Source: Phoronis australis (taxonomy: Eukaryota > Animalia > Phoronida). Taken from it: a stretch of DNA of 64,000 nt. Below, piece by piece: positions 12,607-64,000 of this stretch. Each line of letters opens with the position of its first letter. Position 1 is the first letter of the stretch. The notes under the pieces were generated by a model, which did no database searches, was not told the DNA's origin, and saw only the letters and a program-made list of their open reading frames with translations. The translations under genes were made by a program, and so were the position numbers. The stretch is taken from positions 350,262 to 414,261 of the forward strand of contig NMRA01000211.1 of assembly GCA_002633005.1 (NCBI GenBank). Direction: 5' to 3'.

Positions 12607-13619
12607 TTTGGGTTTTTGTACATCCCTTAGATAATCATGAGCAGACCTTGATAAATTTTTCAAATCTGGAAAATAGTCATCTAAGTCTTGCGATTTCATG
12701 TTATCGTGATCCTTTTGTAGTATTTATAAAGCTTTAGTTTAAGGAATATGAACTGAGTTTTTAAATTTTCGCTTGTAGTTAAAGGTCAAGTGGGAATCTA
12801 ATTTTGTTTCTTACTGCTAATGTCAAGAAGGGTACCTTTTTACATTACTCAAAATGTGTGAATTTTATGAATTATGTATAATGTTGTACCGTATGTGTCA
12901 CTGTAAACTGACGTGGGGCTTGGTCTTAACTCTCTGAACTTGGCCCAGTTAGCTAGCTTTTCAAAGCAGTGCAAGATCTTTGTCCTTGCTTATATCACGG
13001 TCTCGTGATTAGATTTAAAGGCCGAGAGTCCTAGCTTTGAAAAGAGAAATATTTTTTTCTACAAAGCCAGCCTAAAAAGTCATTAGTATGGAGTATTATT
13101 GTTATGAAGAATGTCAGTATTAAGTTTTTATTGGTGCGTGTTCATGTGATGTTAGTGTTTTGATTTCTTGCCCTCTGCACATGTGTTGCAGAATTTCATA
13201 GATGCAATTACCTTTTATGGTTTTAAAGCCCACCTTGAACTGATAACATGCAAGAATTTGATTGCTATGTTATTTAAAGCCCTATTCAATACAACTGCTT
13301 TTGTTCTTTTTTCTGTCTTCTTATGGTGACGCAATGTGATAAGGAAAGGCCACTTCATTCATTTTACGAGCCTAAGTTTGAGTGATTTAATTGAGTTCTT
13401 ATGTTGCTCAAGTATTGCTGAGAATATCTGGTAAGCCCAACACTTCTTAAATAACAAAAATCTGTTCAAGGAAGGCCTTAGTGCCGAGTGGTTATTTATA
13501 CACTAGTGTATGTCAATATACAGTGTTTGCCCGTTGTTGCATTTTTGCGTCATATTGGACATTTTTATGAACATTTATTAATATATGATGCCATTAAGCT
13601 AAGGGTTCATGGGAGCTTT

Positions 13620-14040
13620 GTATTCAATGTAATTTTGTAAGAAATAAGACAAGAGAAATTATACCAAGTTTTATTTTTTGATTAGGTCAAAGACGCAGTT
13701 AGTTCTGGTCTGTTTTTGGAAAATTGAGTTGGTGGTGGGATATTTTTTTTTCAGTTGCCCACTTTTTTAAAAATGAGGATACCCGATACACCCAAGAGAA
13801 GGAAAAATGATGCAGGATTTGTTTCGTTTTAACACATCCCTCAGAAAATCATGGCGTTTCAAACCTCGAGCACATGCCCGTGTGCAATTTTTTTTACAAC
13901 CAAATGCCAGAACTTGGATGAAATTGATGCAGGAGGGTATTTTTTAGTCTGTGAACACAGGTCTCGAAATGAGCCGGGGTACAAGCCACCAGAACCAACT
14001 ATGCTTTTTTGGCCTTATCTATCAATATTTTCTATTGATA
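13620..14040 (-). mobile_element. Dispersed repeat, same family as 6050-6500
   Basis: Reverse-complement similarity (both give spurious EHRS..GY.P ORFs). Confidence 0.6.
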
Positions 14041-14284
14041 AAAGTTACGCAACACCCAACATTTTTCAGTGCCACTACGGATTAACAAACTATGGACAGT
14101 GTTAATGCACCTCCACAAACTGAAATGTACTCCTAGTGCCCGGACCTTAGAGGTGCACGGCAATCACTGAATATGCAGTATTTAGTCGTGAAACCTCTTT
14201 TATCTTCTATAATTTTTATTTGAAATTAAGGTGATTCAACAATTAAGTTCAATCTACAGTCGAACTGTGTTAAAACTGCAAACC

Positions 14285-14502
14285 TGGGCCCATTCCAAGA
14301 AAACTGATTTTGCTAAGTCAAATCTTATAAACTTATGTCAGTTTAAGATAAAACTGTTTCAAGAAAGTGATCTGAAGTTTGATTTAAGTTTTTGACTTAA
14401 ATTTTCTTAAGTTTGACTTATGTGGAAGTTTCAAAGTTTGGAATTTGAGACCAAACTTACACTTAAGTCAAAAAAGAACGTTAGTTGGTTTCTTGGAAAG
14501 GG
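14285..14502. mobile_element. MITE (PIF/Harbinger-like)
   Basis: Terminal cccattccaagaaa / tttcttggaaaggg inverted repeats, with internal cttaagtcaa repeats. Confidence 0.55.
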
Positions 14503-17374
14503 TTTTTCCTTATTACATTCCATTATACAAGCTCACTGTATTGACTGAAACACATTGATTTATTTACAGCAAACTTCGGTCACAACAAATGTTTTGGAAA
14601 AACTCCAAGAGGGTTCATTGTAATGCTGTTTGACTATTAATTATGCAAAGAACTAATCTGGAAAAGTTGCGAGTCTATGTTTTAAATAAATTGTGCCATT
14701 GCGGTGATCAAGAGCAGTTTTATTTTGGTGACCAGATTCTTAAGAAAGTTTGAAATATTCAGTGAAGAAATGTTCTTGTTGCTTACATCTAGAATCCCAA
14801 GAAAACTACTTTACAGACCCACACACAACATCTTTAGTGCAAATTTTTATTACCCAAAATACCTTTCAGGGTGTCGACTCAATAAATTTGACAAGTGTCA
14901 TAAGAACCCCCTATAGCTGGCTCTGAGTTCCAATATTGTGTTAATTTCAAATTACATGCTGTCAAACTATAACAAATGTAATGTCTGTCCATATAACAAA
15001 CCAGTGAAATCTAATTAATTGTTTTGGCAAAATATCACTTTTTTCCATTTCATCCTACAACACTATAACAGTCATAACTAAGGTCAAAGCATCATTTCGA
15101 CATCATAATAATAATAAAACAAAAAAGTATTGCTAGTAGCACTTTGGACCGACAACAATAATCCAACCAGTCTGCAGTCTGTAAAACTATTCTCTTACGT
15201 TCTAACGAAATATACATAGGATGATGTTACACGATATTAACCAGAACAGACCTTTCTTTTTTGGGCAGAAAAAATCATAGTTACACGTCCATACTTTAAG
15301 TCGGTTCACCAAGCTCACTTAGTCTAAACAATTTCATCTGATTGACAAATATCAGGAAAATTGCACGAGATACAATCGAGTACTTACATCAATGGCTGCA
15401 GTCATCCCAAGGTGGGAACTTCATCACATGACTGCAAGTTCAAATAACCATCATTCTGAGGAAGACTGCAGCCATTGATGGTTGAAAACATTCGCTTTAT
15501 CGTAAGTACTTGAATGTGTCTCGTGAAATTCTCAGTATTAGTACACAAAGCTATTGTAACATCACATCTCTCCAACTAGAACATAGTAATACCGTAATGC
15601 TCCTATTGTATGATCTGAGATTTCTTTTTACAATAACAGTGAATGCCTGTTTCACGAGAATTTTAGCTCCCAAATTGTACACAAGTCGTTTGCTTTTCGG
15701 TCACGAATAGTTTCAGAGGTACCTTAGCGTACTTAAGTGGGTGATTACCCACTTTTTACAGAAATAAAATTGTTGGTTTGGTTCATGCGCCTTCCAGTGC
15801 AATCACACTTTTATGTGCAAACAATGATAAGGGCATTTGCATGGACAAATCGACTATTCAGGTAAATACCCATCTCTGATTTCTCAAAAACTTGTATTAT
15901 TGTCAAGTGAACTGACCTCTTATTATTTAAGATTATGTCATCTGAAATGCCATAAAAATAACATACAAAACTGTATTGACACTGACTATGCCGATACTGG
16001 TGAACTCACTCATATTACAAAACATAAAACTTGAGTTTCAATCATTCTCAACAAGTCGACAAATACTAAAAGCAGTGACCTAAGAACCCGCCTAGGTTCA
16101 GAAGGGAGATTGGATAGATGTGTGTGAATGCATTAGTTGTTCCTTGAAAATTTCCATGTGGTGGAGTGCAAAATTGAACACCTTTATGCAATAACTATGC
16201 AGTTTTATTGCGACAAGCACAAAGCACACTATTGGAAGCATTTCCGGGTGCAGTCAAGTTTGTGTAAGCAAAATACTAGCTTTAAATCCCTTGACTGGAC
16301 TTACGACGGTCCACAACACCCAACAATAGACGAGATGACAACCACTCTCATCTGGAATACTCAATAAACAAGCAATGGTTGTTATTGTAAATAGTAATAT
16401 TACATTATTTATCACAAAGGAATTTGCCAGCAAAGATTATACATAACCGATGCCAAATCTTTATCACATGGTTCCCTTTACATGGTAACACGGTGAATCA
16501 GCACATTAACAACTCAAGTCATTATAGATCATTTTAAGAATAGCAAAAATTAATGTGTGCATATACCGGAAAATGTAATGCAGAGTATTGACTGCTCGGA
16601 TACATGCTATCTGTTTACTTGTACATATGATACACTGACATTCCATTTGCTCGAAACACTATCACAACAAAGTGATCTAAGTAGGTCATACGTTTTACTG
16701 TAGGCAGTCCTGTTTGGCATGACTGCTAAGCCACAATCCTTCAAATATATGACGTGTCTTGCTATCTGTGCAAAGGTTAATATGGCCTTTCAGGTCATCT
16801 TTTCTACATGATCAGATAAACATTGCTCATAGCTAATCTAAATCCTTTAAAATCTTTTCTTGTCATACTCTAATTTGCAATAGTATCATCAACCTTAGTT
16901 TACGAATCATCAGGAGGTTCATGAAGTGTAATGATTAGACAGACTTTTTCTTCTCACAACTGACCAGCAGGTTCACAATTCAGACATGTAAATTCACTCC
17001 AGTTCTTAGTGAAGACGGTATTGAACTTGACTGCTTCCAGCACACAAAAGCAACACCAGGGATCGGTGTTTAACGAAAAGCGACTTAAAACTTAAGACAG
17101 AAATTTAGTCTGATGCTCCCTCTTTATCATTTCTGAATAAATGTTAAGCCAAGTAATTCTGTGCGCATCACAGCCAAGAAATAATTTACTGAAAATTTAC
17201 CAGCAACCAGCAGTACATTCTAAAAGACTGCACTTTTGCCCCAGTCAGATTTAATTATTTTTCAAAAATAGACGTGTACAGCGCGAGACCAAATTTCTTC
17301 TTCAGTCACCTTTCAAGAAACAGACCCAGGCTGCCTCCCTGACGAGTTCCAGGGTATTGAGTTGTGTCAGTTCT

Positions 17375-60976
<43,602 letters not shown>

Positions 60977-60989
60977 TGTTTTATGTTCT

Positions 60990-61090
60990 TCGCAGCCAGG
61001 TCAAAAAGTTTCTAATATGGCGGAAGTGGTAAAATGAAAGAAGTGACCTTTACCTGTCAGGTTCAAAAATAGATGGCGCAACAAGTATTC
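60990..61090 (-). promoter_or_regulatory. Putative PTPN11 promoter/5'UTR with YY1-like and ETS-like motifs
   Basis: atggcggaagt (~61017) and agatggcg (~61071) within 100 bp of the ATG; locally CpG-rich. Confidence 0.55.
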
Positions 61091-61449
61091 TGTCAGCGTG
61101 CAGGATGAAAGTGCGTCTTCCTGGGATTTGCAGAAACGACCGGTGACGAGGAGAACCCTTGGATTGAAAGTCAAGATCCCGTGTATGGGTTAATTAGAAG
61201 AAGTTATGGGTCACGTTTGTCCGGTTAGTTTTTACTTGGCAGTGTTTGATGTATCCGATAACTACACTGAGACTACTTCGGTACAGACGGCATAACATAA
61301 CAACAGCCGAACAGGAAAATCATGATTGGATTGGAACAGCGTTTACAGTCATAACTAAGTAGGCCTACATTTTATGTGCCCACATATTTATCTGGGTGCA
61401 TGTTGCTCTACCTCTCAGTCACGTCTACTGCTGTATCTCCTAAACCCCT

Positions 61450-63733
61450 CCCTTACGAAAAATTCCAATAGGATTTCCTATTGGATTCCTACACAATGAG
61501 GATTTCCTATAGGATCCAATAGGATTTCCTATAGGATATATCCAATTATGGTCGGAATCCAATTGGATTTTGGCCCAATATCCTGTAGGAATCCTATAAG
61601 ATTTCTATAGAATTTCTTATAGGAAATCCTATATATATACATATACATATGCATATAGTCCGGACACCTATCGTCGTCAGGCTCCAAAGGTCGTCCGCCA
61701 TCTTCTTTCGCGTGCAGCGCAGCCACGCGGGACTTAGCGTTCAAATTTGGAGTGCTCGTCTGCACATTAGGTACTAACCTCTCGGGAGAAACACGCATGG
61801 AAGAACTGAGACTAAAATTAATGCATTTACCGACTGAGACCACTTAAAAACTTGTAGATTTTACTAATGCACTTTTTTGTTCATTTTCAGAAGATATTTC
61901 GAAATTAAATTTTTTTCAGACGGAACAAAAACCTACCCAGATATTGTTTATGCAATGTATCTATTTGTTCCAGGCACCAGCCGACACCCGTTAGGCCAAA
62001 GGAAAAACGCAGTAGACAAATGGAACACACTGGGTGCTTAACAGTTTCCGCCCACGCCTTGGTCATCAAAATATAGTCCACTTGTTTTTTATTGCAAAAC
62101 ATAGTACTGAGCTCAACATTTATGTTGAAATTTTTGGTTAAAGCATTTTGAATTTATTTGAAGAAAATTAAAGTACTTGAATTGATAGAGAATGGCCACC
62201 AATAAAGTAAAACATTGACTTTATTTCACTACATTGTATTGTTACATACAACACAGCATGGCATAATCAAAAATAAAAGAAGAGATTGAGCAATAAAATG
62301 CAAATACAACTTGGGTATTTATTTATTTATTTATTATTGCAGAAGCCTGTTAAAGGTGAGAAAAAATCAAACAATACGATATTGGGTAATTTATTAGAAC
62401 AATTGTCGAGGTTCAATGATCAACTTGCACTGACAAAGTCTCAAAGAGTTACAGTTCTGTTTTGGCTGACAAGGTGTTAACAGAGAATGAAGAAAAACTG
62501 AAAAGAAAAGGAAAGACAGCAGAGATAAGTGGTGTTAAGAACAACAAGAGCAAAAGGTCAAATAAAGAGGACACAAATAGAAAATAAGTAAGGTCTATCT
62601 GGAATAAAGCAATTGCGATTTATTTTCCAGAACTGAAATTCTAAATCAATTTTAATCGATTTAAAAATCGATATCATACTAGTAAAACAGTTTGTGGTTG
62701 AAGTAGAATTGCTGTAAACCACTTTCCACTATTTTCTTGGCCTTTTTCTGTGTGGTTTTCTGTTCTTTCAAAAGGCGGCAGCATATGACGAAAAACAATG
62801 CACAGTTCAAACAACTCGGCATAAATAAAAGAAAACTTTTGAATCAACTAATACTATGGATTTGTGAGAGTCAAATCAAGTTCTATGCAGAGCATAACTT
62901 TGAAGTGGAATAGTTGGGTGAGTACGACAACAAGCCGGTTTTATGCTTAGGCGGACGACCATTGGGTTCCCGAGTATATAGGAACACATGGGACTTCCTG
63001 TTGGATCCAATAGGATTTCTGATAGGAAATCCAATAGGATTTTATATAGGAACCTATGGGACTTCCTATTTGATCCGATAGCATGTCCTATTGGATCCTA
63101 TAAGAATCCTCTAGGGTTTCTATAGGAATTGTATAGGGTTTTCTACTGGATCCTATAGGATTTCCTATTCGATCCTATAGGAAATCCAATAGGATCCTAT
63201 AAGATTTCCTAAAGCTTACAAAATGAAAGCCTATAGAAATCCTTTAGGATATCCTTATGTGAAACCCTATAGGATAACCTATGGGAAACCCTATAGGAAT
63301 TAGTATAAGACTTGAATATATCCAGTAGGCAGTTCAATATAGGATTCTATAGGAAGTTCAACAGGATTCTATGAAGCAATTAACATTCACGTATTAAGAC
63401 TCGCCTGAATATTAAATTTTACAAAAATTAGTGACTCAGAAGAGCTGAAATTAGATAAAAACAAATCGATATTTTAATACTTTTAGGTTATTTGTTTGTT
63501 AAAATGCTTAAAAATCCGATTTGTGATTAAATTCCTATAGGATTTTTTCAATAGGAATTCCTATAGGATATCTTAATCCTATAGGAATCCTTTATAGGAA
63601 ATCGATATTCCTATAAGAATTCTTATAGGAATTTCTATAGGAATTCCTATAGGAAATCTATAGAAATTTCTGTAGGATCCTATAGTAATTCCTATATGAT
63701 CCTGTAGGATCCTATTGAATATTTTGGTATGGG
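61450..63733. mobile_element. Non-autonomous CACTA/EnSpm (CMC)-like element with subterminal tcctatagga repeats
   Basis: CCC..GGG termini, imperfect ~24-bp TIR, 2-bp TSD CT, dense palindromic subterminal repeats. Confidence 0.75.
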
Positions 63734-64000
63734 CTGTGGCGGACCTAGCTAGCCAGCTAGCTGTATGAAGACTATCGTAAAAATACAGGTAGGTACCTCT
63801 GTGTGTATTTCTTCCGTAGACCCCGAAATTGCTCACAGTCAGGGTAGTTCTGCTGGTCAACTCACTGTGAAACTTGTTTCAACATGTAAACCTAAAGACC
63901 GGACGAGGTGCATGCAAAATCTGGAAGTCAACCGACACTCACCTTGCCCGTTACAACCGTTTAAGTGAAAAACAATGCAACGAATGTCATTTTCAGTTGC

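Noticed and set aside
6050-14040. Inverted repeat pair flanking TTLL10 exons as a circRNA driver
   Set aside because: The copies are quite diverged, and the second lies beyond the terminal exon, probably outside the pre-mRNA.
61016-61150. Divergent + strand gene starting at the PTPN11 promoter
   Set aside because: All three nearby ATGs close within 14 codons, and no downstream coding exon is recognisable in the window.

Overview
AT-rich, intron-rich animal genomic DNA, probably a marine invertebrate (the taxon cannot be fixed from sequence), with three single-N assembly joins at 5157, 33657 and 39867. It holds two convergent spliced genes. On the + strand is a TTLL10-like tubulin polyglycylase (exons 1381-12606; its 5' start is not securely inside the window). 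On the - strand is a complete 15-coding-exon PTPN11/SHP2 (corkscrew) gene (ATG 60976 to TGA 17375, 602 aa by my splice reconstruction) with a ~29.5 kb first intron. The introns carry many decayed transposons: Penelope, RTE, CR1/L2, Helentron-type HINEs, Kolobok/THAP, hAT, Tc1/mariner, CACTA and an unclassified long-TIR family. Main leads: (1) a 32-bp minisatellite built from the PTPN11 exon-6 end plus its splice donor, giving a ladder of extra 5' splice sites, one of them in frame; (2) a diverged, frame-preserving duplicate of the TTLL10 C-terminal exon; (3) up to three extra in-phase alternative first exons of PTPN11; (4) HINE repeats carrying arrays of CTCF-like motifs; (5) a hammerhead-like motif in the Penelope pseudo-LTR. 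Exon coordinates were read by eye from splice signals; repeat boundaries are approximate.
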